From the IMG/VR virus record IMGVR_UViG_3300033067_000815, positions 1 to 34,614 of that record: 34,614 nucleotides of DNA; one strand, written 5' to 3'. Source of the stretch: a virus. Its lineage: Duplodnaviria > Caudoviricetes. The number at the start of each line of letters is the position of its first letter. Positions within the stretch are counted from its first letter, which is position 1. This document shows positions 17,890 to 26,098 of the stretch, piece by piece. The translations under genes and the position numbers were made by a program. The notes beneath the pieces were generated by a model. That model worked only from the letters and a program-made list of their open reading frames with translations. It had not been told where the DNA came from and did not search any database.

Positions 17890-19143
17890 ATGGGCTTACT
17901 AGACTTCCTCAACACCGAAGAAGGCCGCATGGGCTTGGGCCTGCTCGCAGCAGCCGGACCGCGCACCGATGGCATTGGCTTCGGCGGGCGCATTCAAGAG
18001 GCCATGCGCGGCCAGGATGAATGGAAGAAGGCGCAGCAAGAAGCGGCCTATCGCAAAGCGCAGATGGAAGAAGCGCAACAGGCAGCACTAGAGCGCAAGC
18101 TGGCACGCGAGCAAGCCATCCGCAATCAAGAGGCTGTGCGCGGTGCTTTCACGCCGATGGCTGGCGGCGCCGCGATGGCGAACGGGCAAGGGCCGACGAT
18201 TGGCAATGCGGCGAACATCGGGCAAATGCCGCAGTTCGACCCGCGCCAGTTTTTGGCACAGAACCCACAGGCGGACGTGTCGGCGCTTAAACAGGTGATG
18301 GAGCTGCAGGACGCGATGAAGCCGAAAGCGCGCAAGCTGATGAGTGTTGCGCCTGGTAATGTCGTGTTTGATGAGTCGTCTGGATCGCCTGTATTTACGG
18401 CGCCAACTGCACCAAAAGAGCCGACACCGACCGAGCTTGCGCGCTTAATACAGGAAATGGAATCGCTACCGCAGGGCCACCCATCAAGACGGATTTATCA
18501 GCAGCAGATTCAGAAAATGACATCTCACGCTCCAGGCGTCAGCGTGACATACGGGGCTCCAGTCGCCGGTGTTGACGCAAACGGCAATCCTGTCTTTTTC
18601 CAGCCATCCAAGGACGGCGGAACGCCATCAATACTGTCTGGAGTTGCTCCGCCTCCGCGCGAAAAGCCTGCTGCATTGCAAGAAAAGGTTGCACAAAACG
18701 CCGTCACACTTAACAAGATCAACCTTGCAGAGCAGGCAATCGCCCAATACCCGGATGCATTTGGCCTGAAGAATGTAGCCGGGGACACCATCATGCAGCG
18801 GCTCGATCCAAAGGGCACAGAAGCGCGAGCAATGATTGCAGACATCGCAGGGCAGAAGATCCACGACAGGAGCGGCGCAGCCGTAACGGTTGGCGAGGCT
18901 GAAAGACTCAAGCCCTATATCCCGAACGTGACGGACAGCCCGGAGACTGTGGCCAAAAAGCTCAAGCTGTTCAAGGCTGAATACAACGCCATGCAACAGG
19001 CCATCAACTCAGGCGCAAGCTTGTCGCAGATTACAAAGTCGCAACAAGAAACGCAGCCAACAAAATCAGTCGTTCGCACCGGAACTTACAACGGCAAGAA
19101 GGTAATCCAATACTCTGACGGGACGACAGAATATGCCAATTGA
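17890..19143 (+). CDS. DNA ejection/transfer protein
   Basis: MGLLDF start, coiled coil, SGAAVTVGEAERL..IP; ejection-cluster position. Confidence 0.65.
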   Translation: MGLLDFLNTEEGRMGLGLLAAAGPRTDGIGFGGRIQEAMRGQDEWKKAQQEAAYRKAQMEEAQQAALERKLAREQAIRNQEAVRGAFTPMAGGAAMANGQGPTIGNAANIGQMPQFDPRQFLAQNPQADVSALKQVMELQDAMKPKARKLMSVAPGNVVFDESSGSPVFTAPTAPKEPTPTELARLIQEMESLPQGHPSRRIYQQQIQKMTSHAPGVSVTYGAPVAGVDANGNPVFFQPSKDGGTPSILSGVAPPPREKPAALQEKVAQNAVTLNKINLAEQAIAQYPDAFGLKNVAGDTIMQRLDPKGTEARAMIADIAGQKIHDRSGAAVTVGEAERLKPYIPNVTDSPETVAKKLKLFKAEYNAMQQAINSGASLSQITKSQQETQPTKSVVRTGTYNGKKVIQYSDGTTEYAN

Positions 19144-20737
19144 TCCGCGCATGGTGGTTTGGGACAACGCGCCTCAGATCGACGCTCGCATGGTGGTTTG
19201 GGATGAGCCGCAGGCTGACCCGCTTGATGGCATGTCACGCGGTAAGCGCGTCTTGGCTGGAGTGGGCAAGAACATTGCAGATTTCGGCACTGGACTGAAA
19301 CAGCGCTTTGATGAAGCTGCCGCAGGGCTGGAGTCCGTGATACCAGGCGGCGAGTCGTTCAGTCGTCTAATTGGCGGCAAGTCTGCCAAAGAAATCAGGG
19401 ACGAAGGACAAGCCAGAATTGCAGAGACGAAGCGACTCGACCAGCGTTTGATGAAAGACCCGTTCGCCATTGGCGGAAATATTGCTGGCGGCATGGCAAC
19501 CGGCGCGCTTGCCGCAGGACTAGGGCCGATTGGCATGGGCGCTGCGATGGGCTTTGCAACACCAACAACTGGCGGCGCCGGTGAGGTGATGCAGAACATG
19601 GCGATTGGCGCAGGCGCGGGCTACGCTGGCGACAAACTCGTCAAGGGCGCATCGAGAGTGCTTGCGCCGAAAGTAAATCCTGGTGTTCAGAAGCTGATTG
19701 ACGAAGGCGTTGACCTGACGCCCGGGCAGATCATGGGCGGCAATCTTGCCAGGTTTGAAAGCAAGTCAACCAGCCTGCCGTTTGTCGGTGACGCCATTGC
19801 AAACGCACAGCGACGCGGAGGCGAACAGCTTAACCGGGCGGCGTTCAATCGTGCGCTAGCCCCAATTGGCGAAAAGCTCCCGATGCAGGTTCCTGTCGGG
19901 CGCGATGCCGTTCAATATGTGGATGACGTTCTCGGCTCGGCCTATAACAAGCTACTGCCGAAGCTGACGACACAGGCCGACAACGTTTTCGCCGGCAAGG
20001 TTCAAAGCCTTGAACAGATGGTTCAGAACAGCGCGCTTGACCCGAAGTATTCAAACCTGTTCAGTAAAACGCTTCAAACCCGCGTGCTTGACAAGTTCCA
20101 GGGCCAAAACGCGATGACTGGCCAAACCTTGAAAGACGTTGAATCGCACTTGGGCAACGAGATCAAGCGCTTTGCGGCATCGCAAGACCCAGACTCAAGG
20201 CTATTGAGCGACGCTTTCAAAGAGCTTCAATCAGAACTTCGCGGCTTGGTTGTTCGAACCAATCCGCAATATGCCAAGGAGTTGAACGCCATCAATACTG
20301 GATGGGCAAACTTCAAGCGCGTCCAGAGGGCGGCGAGCTACACCGGTGCAGATGATGGCGTATTCACTCCGGCGCAGCTTCAAAGCGCAGTCAAGGCGAT
20401 GGACCGCTCCAAGGACAAGGCGAGATTCGCAGAAGGGCGCGCACTCATGCAAGACCTGAGCGACAACGCCAAGTCTGTGATGGGATCGAAGTATCCAGAC
20501 AGCGGCACGGTTGGCAGAGCCATGAACGTCGGCGCGCTTGGCACCGGCTTTGTTAACCCAGCGGCACCGCTCGGACTTTGGGCCAGTTCTGCTGTTTACT
20601 CGCAACCTGCACAGAAGGCAATCCAAGCGCTATTGACGCAGCGCCCTGATTTACTCAAGCAACTAGGCAGCGGAACCGCAGAACTCGCGCCAATCGGCGG
20701 GCTGCTTGGTTCGGCTGGAGCGCTCGGCTTTCAGTAG
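19133..20737 (+). CDS. DNA ejection/transfer protein (largest-ejection-protein position)
   Basis: G/A-rich hydrophobic segments, LTPGQ, PDSGT motifs; N-terminal tandem IDxRMVVWD. Confidence 0.7.
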   Translation: MPIDPRMVVWDNAPQIDARMVVWDEPQADPLDGMSRGKRVLAGVGKNIADFGTGLKQRFDEAAAGLESVIPGGESFSRLIGGKSAKEIRDEGQARIAETKRLDQRLMKDPFAIGGNIAGGMATGALAAGLGPIGMGAAMGFATPTTGGAGEVMQNMAIGAGAGYAGDKLVKGASRVLAPKVNPGVQKLIDEGVDLTPGQIMGGNLARFESKSTSLPFVGDAIANAQRRGGEQLNRAAFNRALAPIGEKLPMQVPVGRDAVQYVDDVLGSAYNKLLPKLTTQADNVFAGKVQSLEQMVQNSALDPKYSNLFSKTLQTRVLDKFQGQNAMTGQTLKDVESHLGNEIKRFAASQDPDSRLLSDAFKELQSELRGLVVRTNPQYAKELNAINTGWANFKRVQRAASYTGADDGVFTPAQLQSAVKAMDRSKDKARFAEGRALMQDLSDNAKSVMGSKYPDSGTVGRAMNVGALGTGFVNPAAPLGLWASSAVYSQPAQKAIQALLTQRPDLLKQLGSGTAELAPIGGLLGSAGALGFQ

Positions 20738-20895
20738 TAGCCGCCGCGATCTTTTGTAAGCATGTCCTTGAACGGGCCTGGCTTGATGTGATCAAGTATC
20801 CAGGCTGCACAAGGGCGAGCTATTTTGACCCACATGATGTAAGCACCGATTGGCGCAACAAAGAACGTTAGCGCCAAGCGCAAAGAATCATCCAT
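20731..20895 (-). CDS. Small single-pass membrane protein (moron-like)
   Basis: GGAGG RBS then ATG 20895; MDDSLRLALTFFVAPIGAYIMWVKI..., 54 aa; fills an otherwise empty gap. Confidence 0.65.
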   Translation of the reverse strand: MDDSLRLALTFFVAPIGAYIMWVKIARPCAAWILDHIKPGPFKDMLTKDRGGYY

Positions 20896-20904
20896 ACACC
20901 CTCC

Positions 20905-20929
20905 AAGCCGCAAGTATGCGGCTTTTTTT
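20905..20929 (+). terminator. Intrinsic terminator
   Basis: AAGCCGCA-agta-TGCGGCTT-TTTTT. Confidence 0.8.
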
Positions 20930-20956
20930 ACGCCCTGTCGATGAAGGAGAACTAAA

Positions 20957-21634
20957 TTGCCCACCCCGACGGTCATAACCGATCTATCAACGACGATAAA
21001 TTCGAATTACCCCGCAGGCAGCGAATCCCCTGCGGTGCTCGATGACGTGCAGCGCGCCCATGCTGCCTTTATCGCGCAATTGAGGGATGGAACGGGGTTT
21101 ACTGCTGGGGCCGTCGTTGCGCCTGGCGCAAACACAATCTATGTGCCAGCCTCGGCCATGACGCCGCGCACCACAAACGGCGCGGCAGTCGGCACGGCTG
21201 AAACGGCGACCAACAAGGTCATGCTGAAAACGCTGGACTTTGACGCATCAACCATCGAATACGCGCAGTTCTCAGTTCGGATGCCGAAGGGTTGGAACGA
21301 ATCAACCGTCACCGCCTATTTCCTTTGGAGCAACGCATCAGGCACCGGAAACGTGGTCTGGGCGCTGCAAGGGCTTGCACGGTCTGACGATGACGCGCTC
21401 GATACAGCATTCGGGACAGCTCAATCTGTGACCGATGGAGTGACGGCTGCGGGCGACCTGATGCAGTCCGCCGCGACCAGCGCCATCACCATCGGCGGGA
21501 CGCCGGCTGAGGCCGATTGGGTTGCGTTTCAGGTGTACCGCGATGCCTCTAACGGGTCGGACACATTCGCGTCTGATGCGCGGCTGCATGGTGTTGTCGT
21601 GATCTACACCACGAATGCGAGCAACGATGCTTAG
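20957..21634 (+). CDS. Short tail fibre/spike with virion anchor domain
   Basis: AAGGAG RBS, TTG start; ITDLSTT..SNYPAGSE...DD..RA anchor; beta-sandwich C-terminus. Confidence 0.65.
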   Translation: MPTPTVITDLSTTINSNYPAGSESPAVLDDVQRAHAAFIAQLRDGTGFTAGAVVAPGANTIYVPASAMTPRTTNGAAVGTAETATNKVMLKTLDFDASTIEYAQFSVRMPKGWNESTVTAYFLWSNASGTGNVVWALQGLARSDDDALDTAFGTAQSVTDGVTAAGDLMQSAATSAITIGGTPAEADWVAFQVYRDASNGSDTFASDARLHGVVVIYTTNASNDA

Positions 21635-22466
21635 TATCACTGCTCTGTGCGGGTTTGGCGCTGGTGGCGGGTATGACCGCAACTGGTCTTCTGGTGGCTC
21701 TCTTGCCACAGCAAGGGAGAGACTTGGTGGCGCAGGCACTCAAACCGCTGGCCTTAGCTTTGGCGGCACTACCGGAACCGTGTCGGCCGTCACAGAAGAA
21801 TACGATGGATCATCATGGAGTGCTGGCGGAAATCTTGCTACTGCTAGGTCATATATTGGTGGTGCTGGTACTCAGACGGCTGGTTTGAGTTTCGGCGGAT
21901 CAACCGGCGCACGCTCAGACGTCACAGAAGAATACGATGGATCATCTTGGTCGGCTGGAGGCGCGCTGTCTGCGACCATAGAGCGTATCGCTGGTGCTGG
22001 CACTCAAACTGCAGGCCTGTCTTGTGGCGGTTTGACTACTGTTTATATAACAACGACAAGCGAATATGGCGGGGCGACTTGGAGTGCCGGTGGCGCCCTT
22101 GCAGCAAAAAGAGCAATGCACGCATGCGCTGGAACGCAGACCGCAGGGCTTGCTGTTGCTGGGTTTGATACGACAGTTGAACTAAGCAGCTCAGAAGAAT
22201 ACAACGGTACATCGTGGAGTTCTGGTGGTTCCGTTCCGGTTGCTGTCTATCGGCTTGGCGCGGCAGGCACTCAAACTGCTGGGCTGTGTTTTGGAGGCAA
22301 CGGACCTCTGACGACAACGCGAGAATATGACGGAACAACGTGGACTGCTGCTGCTGATCTTGCAACAGCCAGAGCAGCGCTTGCGGGAGCAGGAATACAA
22401 ACTGCCGGATTGAGTTTTGGCGGTTCAACTGGCTCTGTATCTGCTGTGACAGAAGAATATGCGTGA
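21627..22466 (+). CDS. Kelch-repeat beta-propeller protein
   Basis: Six repeats W..gg.l..ar...gaGtqtAGL.fGG...tEEYdG with GG/Y/W signature. Confidence 0.88.
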   Translation: MLSITALCGFGAGGGYDRNWSSGGSLATARERLGGAGTQTAGLSFGGTTGTVSAVTEEYDGSSWSAGGNLATARSYIGGAGTQTAGLSFGGSTGARSDVTEEYDGSSWSAGGALSATIERIAGAGTQTAGLSCGGLTTVYITTTSEYGGATWSAGGALAAKRAMHACAGTQTAGLAVAGFDTTVELSSSEEYNGTSWSSGGSVPVAVYRLGAAGTQTAGLCFGGNGPLTTTREYDGTTWTAAADLATARAALAGAGIQTAGLSFGGSTGSVSAVTEEYA

Positions 22467-23148
22467 ACTCGACACCATCAAGGGCGCAGGCGTCCTAAAG
22501 CGCGAAGACTTCGATTTTCTCTCTGCCGTGGCCGACGAGCTGCGCGACACCATGACCAAGCGCCAGGTGTTTCGCACCGAGACAGAGATGGCGGTATCGG
22601 TGCTGAACGACATCAAGCACCCGACCAAGGCGAGCAAATACTGGCAGGCCATACGCGAACAAGGCGTGATGTTCGAGAACCTTGTTTCACTGAGTTTCGA
22701 GTACCGGCGCAACGAAGTGCAGATCAAGCGCATCGCGGCAAAGCTCGAATCCATCACGACAGCATTCGACGCCGAAGACGCTCAGATCGACATGGATGAA
22801 TGCCTGTTCAAGCGCGCCAACATGGAAGCCACGGCCAAGGATCGCATCAGGGAAATCAGGCTCTGGAGCCAGATCAAGGCTGAGCTCGATGACGGCAGCT
22901 TTGACACCAAGGACGTGAACACGCATCAACTGGTGAGCTATGCGCATCGGTTCATCCTGCAGGCCAGCAACGCGCCCAAGAATATGCCGGTTGCAGAGGC
23001 GAATAACCTCAAGGGCCAGCTTGCATCAAGCCTTCGGGTTCTGGAAGAACGCGGCATGTTGGGCGACTTGCTCAAGTCGCTACCGGCTCAGGTTGTCAAT
23101 CGCGTCTTGGTGGAGCCTGGGATTCTGAAACTGGAGAACAAAGAATGA
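22459..23148 (+). CDS. Helical hypothetical protein coupled to Kelch gene
   Basis: QVFRTETEM..SVLND.KHPT.ASKYWQ..REQ, coiled coil; 8-nt overlap. Confidence 0.75.
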   Translation: MRELDTIKGAGVLKREDFDFLSAVADELRDTMTKRQVFRTETEMAVSVLNDIKHPTKASKYWQAIREQGVMFENLVSLSFEYRRNEVQIKRIAAKLESITTAFDAEDAQIDMDECLFKRANMEATAKDRIREIRLWSQIKAELDDGSFDTKDVNTHQLVSYAHRFILQASNAPKNMPVAEANNLKGQLASSLRVLEERGMLGDLLKSLPAQVVNRVLVEPGILKLENKE

Positions 23149-23525
23149 AATTCGCGCTTGTACGACTTGCAGATCAAAAAATCCTCAGACATCAGGAATT
23201 CGATGAACTGCCGCCGCTGCTTGCATCGGCAAAGGGCATGCAGTGGTTTGCGCTGGTTGACCCTGGTGAAGAATCAATCACACACGATCCAGTCTCGCAG
23301 AACGTGAAGCCGGACGGGGTTGAAATTACAGGACGAACGGTAACGCGAAAGTACAGGGTGGAAGACATTGCGCCCGAGATCGTTCAGGCCAAGGTCAAGA
23401 AAGCACAACTCAGGGCGCTCGAAGCGCAGCTAACCCCGCTTGCTCTTGCAGAAGCCATAAGCACGGGCAACACGGCGCAGCTCGCAACGATTGTTCAACA
23501 GATCAAGGCACTCAAGGGGGCTTGA
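23145..23525 (+). CDS. Putative tail fibre assembly chaperone
   Basis: Size and position after fibre genes; ATGA coupling. Confidence 0.45.
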   Translation: MKFALVRLADQKILRHQEFDELPPLLASAKGMQWFALVDPGEESITHDPVSQNVKPDGVEITGRTVTRKYRVEDIAPEIVQAKVKKAQLRALEAQLTPLALAEAISTGNTAQLATIVQQIKALKGA

Positions 23526-23527
23526 GA

Positions 23528-23824
23528 ATGACAGAAGAACGCAGAGCAAACGACAAAAAAACATGCGACCTGATCGACGCCATCAGCAAGCGCCTTGACG
23601 ACCATGACGGCAGATTCGCAGACGGCAGCGACCGCATGACGCGCATCGAATCGAAGATCGACGCCAACAGCGCAGACACATCCGAAGTGTTGGATATTCT
23701 CAGGCTCGGCAAGAGCTTTTTCCGAATACTCGGGATCCTCGGCGATGTCGTCAAGTGGGGGGCTGCGGTGGCTGCGCCGATTGTGGCTCTGTATTACGCC
23801 ATCAAGACGGGCGGTAAGTCGTGA
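23528..23824 (+). CDS. Coiled-coil protein with C-terminal TM (lysis-associated)
   Basis: ERR start, RMTRIESKID, hydrophobic C-terminus. Confidence 0.7.
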   Translation: MTEERRANDKKTCDLIDAISKRLDDHDGRFADGSDRMTRIESKIDANSADTSEVLDILRLGKSFFRILGILGDVVKWGAAVAAPIVALYYAIKTGGKS

Positions 23825-23865
23825 TCTGGCTCGCAATGCTCTTTTTCTGGTGGTACGCACTATGA
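23821..23865 (+). CDS. 14-aa hydrophobic micro-ORF MIWLAMLFFWWYAL
   Basis: GTG overlaps upstream TGA; its TGA overlaps holin ATG. Confidence 0.45.
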   Translation: MIWLAMLFFWWYAL

Positions 23866-24077
23866 GAAAACCTCGAATCGTAAAGAACTGGCGCGAGTCC
23901 TTGTCGCATTACAGCACCAAGGCACTCGCACTCGGCGCAGGCGTTCAGGGCGCATGGCTCACATTCCCTGACGACTGGAAAGCAAACCTTGGCGCTGATG
24001 TGGCCACATGGATGGCGCGGCTGACGGCGGCGATTCTGGTGGCTGGGCTTGTCGGCAAGTTCATCGAGCAGCCATGA
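23862..24077 (+). CDS. Putative holin
   Basis: 71 aa, IVKNWR...YS, two hydrophobic segments, ends IEQP; coupled to endolysin. Confidence 0.75.
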   Translation: MRKPRIVKNWRESLSHYSTKALALGAGVQGAWLTFPDDWKANLGADVATWMARLTAAILVAGLVGKFIEQP

Positions 24078-24556
24078 ACTTCGATTCCGCCATCGTCAAG
24101 CTGCTGGAGCATGAAGGCTTTTACAGCGACAACCAGCACGACCCTGGGCGCAAGACGACATGGGGCGTCACGGAGGCGGTAGCGCGCGCGAGCGGCTACA
24201 CCGGAGACATGCGCGACTTCTCTCAGGCGCAGGCCAGCGTGATTTATCGGCGCTTGTACTGGGACGCAGTTCGCGCCGACGAGCTGCCCGAATCCGTGCG
24301 GTTTACGGTGTTCGACGGCGCTGTGAACAGCGGTGTCACTCAGTCTATCAAGTGGCTACAGCGCGCGCTTGGCGTGGCTGATGACGGCGTGATTGGAGCG
24401 CAAACGCTCGCCGCGCTCAAGACTGCGAACGGCCCGGTGATCGCTGCCAGGTACAACGGGCAGCGCCTGATGTTCATGACCAACTTGAAGACATGGCCTG
24501 TATTCGGCTCTGGATGGGCCAGGCGCATTGCAAAGAACCTGATGGATGCGGCATGA
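24074..24556 (+). CDS. Endolysin, glycoside hydrolase family 108 with PG-binding domain
   Basis: HEGFYSD...DPGRKTTWGVT, YW, FDGAVNSG, LQRALGV.DDG.IG..T, FGSGWARR. Confidence 0.95.
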   Translation: MNFDSAIVKLLEHEGFYSDNQHDPGRKTTWGVTEAVARASGYTGDMRDFSQAQASVIYRRLYWDAVRADELPESVRFTVFDGAVNSGVTQSIKWLQRALGVADDGVIGAQTLAALKTANGPVIAARYNGQRLMFMTNLKTWPVFGSGWARRIAKNLMDAA

Positions 24557-24843
24557 ATTTCTGCCCGCTATGTGGGAGAGTTGGCGACCACACAGCGGCT
24601 AATTGTCCTTGGGCCAACAGCAAAGGAATGATGATGAAGATCGTTTTAGGTGTTGGCTTGGTACTGGTTGCAACGGCGCTTGTTGCTCAAGACGCGCAAA
24701 TGACTGAAGAGCAGCAAGCCGCCAAATGTGAGGCGGAAGGCGGTTGCGCATTGTTCACCCGCGATGCTTTCATGCAGATCATCCGCGCTGCGAGTGAAGC
24801 GGCGTATCGGCAGGGCGTGATGGCTTGCGGCAAGAGCATATGA
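24553..24843 (+). CDS. Hypothetical: N-terminal CCHC-like motif then signal-peptide-like segment
   Basis: CPLCGRVGDHTAANC; internal AAGGA + MMMKIVLGVGLVLVATALVA may be the true start. Confidence 0.55.
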   Translation: MNFCPLCGRVGDHTAANCPWANSKGMMMKIVLGVGLVLVATALVAQDAQMTEEQQAAKCEAEGGCALFTRDAFMQIIRAASEAAYRQGVMACGKSI

Positions 24844-24850
24844 GGTAAAT

Positions 24851-25084
24851 ATGGTTTGGCAACCAATAAACACAGCACCAAGCGATGGAACGCGCATCAT
24901 GCTTGGTCACTATTACATTGACTCATGCAATGGGTACAACGGCGAAAGTCGATGGTTGTGGCAAGCATCAGGATCCATTGAGCAAGCTGGATCATTCTTT
25001 TCAGACTTCACCGACGATGAGCACGAGTTTGCTTTTTATCACAATGCAACACATTGGCATCCGATTGATGAGGCTGCGCCATGA
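24851..25084 (+). CDS. DUF551-like protein
   Basis: WQPINTAPSDGT...ATHWHP; GAGG RBS. Confidence 0.75.
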   Translation: MVWQPINTAPSDGTRIMLGHYYIDSCNGYNGESRWLWQASGSIEQAGSFFSDFTDDEHEFAFYHNATHWHPIDEAAP

Positions 25085-25464
25085 ACCCATACTTGTTCAT
25101 CTCCATCATCATCGCCTTTGCCGGCTCCGTGGCGGCTGCAGGCTTCGGCGGATTCCGGCTTGGCGTCGATCACGAAAAAGCGGCGCAGCTCGACAAACAA
25201 GCGCTAGTCGCAGAAGCGGTTGACGCGGCCAATGCTGCATCAGCAGAAGCCATTGCAAAGCTGGCGCCGAAGCACTCAACCATCAGGCAAGTCTTAGAAC
25301 GTGAGGTACGCGAAAATGTTGTCTACCGCGAGTGCAAGAGTTCTCAAGCTGCTGTCGATGCTTTCAATTCTGGCATTGACGGCGTGCTCAACAGTGACGG
25401 TAAAGCCGCCTCAAGCAACCCCGCTGGCGGACTCACATTGCCCCGAGCGAACGCCGCTCCTTGA
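25081..25464 (+). CDS. Rz: Inner-membrane spanin (Rz-like)
   Basis: N-terminal TM, Ala-rich helix, VYREC; end of lysis cassette. Confidence 0.75.
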   Translation: MNPYLFISIIIAFAGSVAAAGFGGFRLGVDHEKAAQLDKQALVAEAVDAANAASAEAIAKLAPKHSTIRQVLEREVRENVVYRECKSSQAAVDAFNSGIDGVLNSDGKAASSNPAGGLTLPRANAAP

Positions 25465-25549
25465 TGGCTCATTGGGCGCTTGGATATTGAAGGCGCAGGA
25501 ATTGGCGGCGATGTACGACACATGCCGGGCGGCGGTGTTGGGAAAGTGA
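25301..25549 (+). CDS. Rz1: Outer-membrane lipoprotein spanin (Rz1-like); start uncertain
   Basis: Overlaps Rz in another frame; lipobox LTAC, Pro-rich, CP...Y..C. Confidence 0.8.
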   Translation: MRYAKMLSTASARVLKLLSMLSILALTACSTVTVKPPQATPLADSHCPERTPLLDGSLGAWILKAQELAAMYDTCRAAVLGK

Positions 25550-25559
25550 TAGCGCAAAG

Positions 25560-25594
25560 AAAAAAGCCCCTAGTTATGAGCTAAGGGCTTGTTT
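25560..25594. terminator. Bidirectional terminator (strongest on minus strand)
   Basis: AAAAAAGCCCcTAGt-tatg-agCTAaGGGCTTGTTT. Confidence 0.7.
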
Positions 25595-25643
25595 CTGATT
25601 TGGTGGGGTTGATGCCCACTATCACCATGTCTTTCGAGGGACA
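25560..25643 (-). ncRNA. Candidate ~85-nt small RNA
   Basis: Promoter immediately upstream, hairpins TGTCCCT-cg-AAAGACA and GTGGG..CCCAC, U6 terminator. Confidence 0.5.
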
Positions 25644-25648
25644 CTTAT

Positions 25649-25677
25649 AGTTTAATCGCTGTCGCACCGGATGTAAA
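25649..25677 (-). promoter_or_regulatory. Sigma70-type promoter
   Basis: TTTACA-N17-TAAACT on minus strand. Confidence 0.65.
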
Positions 25678-25678
25678 G

Positions 25679-25687
25679 TGATAAAAT
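25679..25687 (+). promoter_or_regulatory. Extended -10 promoter element
   Basis: TG-a-TAAAAT, 6-7 nt before first stem of structured RNA; no good -35. Confidence 0.5.
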
Positions 25688-25692
25688 TCGCT

Positions 25693-26024
25693 CTGGTGAA
25701 TGCACGGGCTGACGTGCATGGACTTCCCCTGCTGCTGGCGAGGGAGTTAAGGAAGATTGTGCCCCTAAGACGGGCAAGTTAGCAGCATGCCGGGATCAGC
25801 TCCGGCCACCAAACGCATGATCACTTGGCAGGCACGAAGCCGGTCAGGTCGAATGAAGTCGCGCTCTGCTCGGCCTGGCAACGTGTACGGCGATTCATCC
25901 CGGCACTCTGCGCGCGGGTAGCTTCCGCAACAAGTGATCAGCCGTTTGGTAAGCCAGCATGAAAGGCCGGATGGCGTCCGGCATCTCTTCAAAAGGGGGC
26001 GACGAATCAGCGCCCCCTTTTTTT
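25693..26024 (+). ncRNA. Candidate ~330-nt multi-pseudoknot structured RNA
   Basis: Multiple stems, loop-loop complementarities, promoter element and terminator (see finding). Confidence 0.65.
25991..26024 (+). terminator. Intrinsic terminator
   Basis: AAAAGGGGGCG-n9-CGCCCCCTTTTTTT. Confidence 0.85.
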
Positions 26025-26080
26025 CGTCTTGACCATCAATATAATCAAAAGTCATTAAAATCGCCATCTGGTTAAAACGA

Positions 26081-26098
26081 AGCACTTCGCAGCACTTC
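26081..26098. repeat. Putative integrase arm-type sites
   Basis: AGCACTTC twice with 10-bp period, ~40 bp from att core. Confidence 0.55.

Noticed and set aside
21627-22466. Diversity-generating retroelement target/template repeats
   Set aside because: Repeats are in-frame Kelch blades without adenine-specific mismatches; no reverse transcriptase in the window
25693-26024. Assignment to tmRNA, tRNA, hammerhead or group I intron
   Set aside because: The hairpin plus CACCA is T-arm-like but lacks TTCRA; no CUGANGA/GAAA core, tag frame or recognisable intron core seen by eye
26029-26061. Promoter for the reconstituted tRNA (TTGACC, TATAAT, TAAAAT)
   Set aside because: Elements are present but spacings do not form a canonical -35/-10 pair
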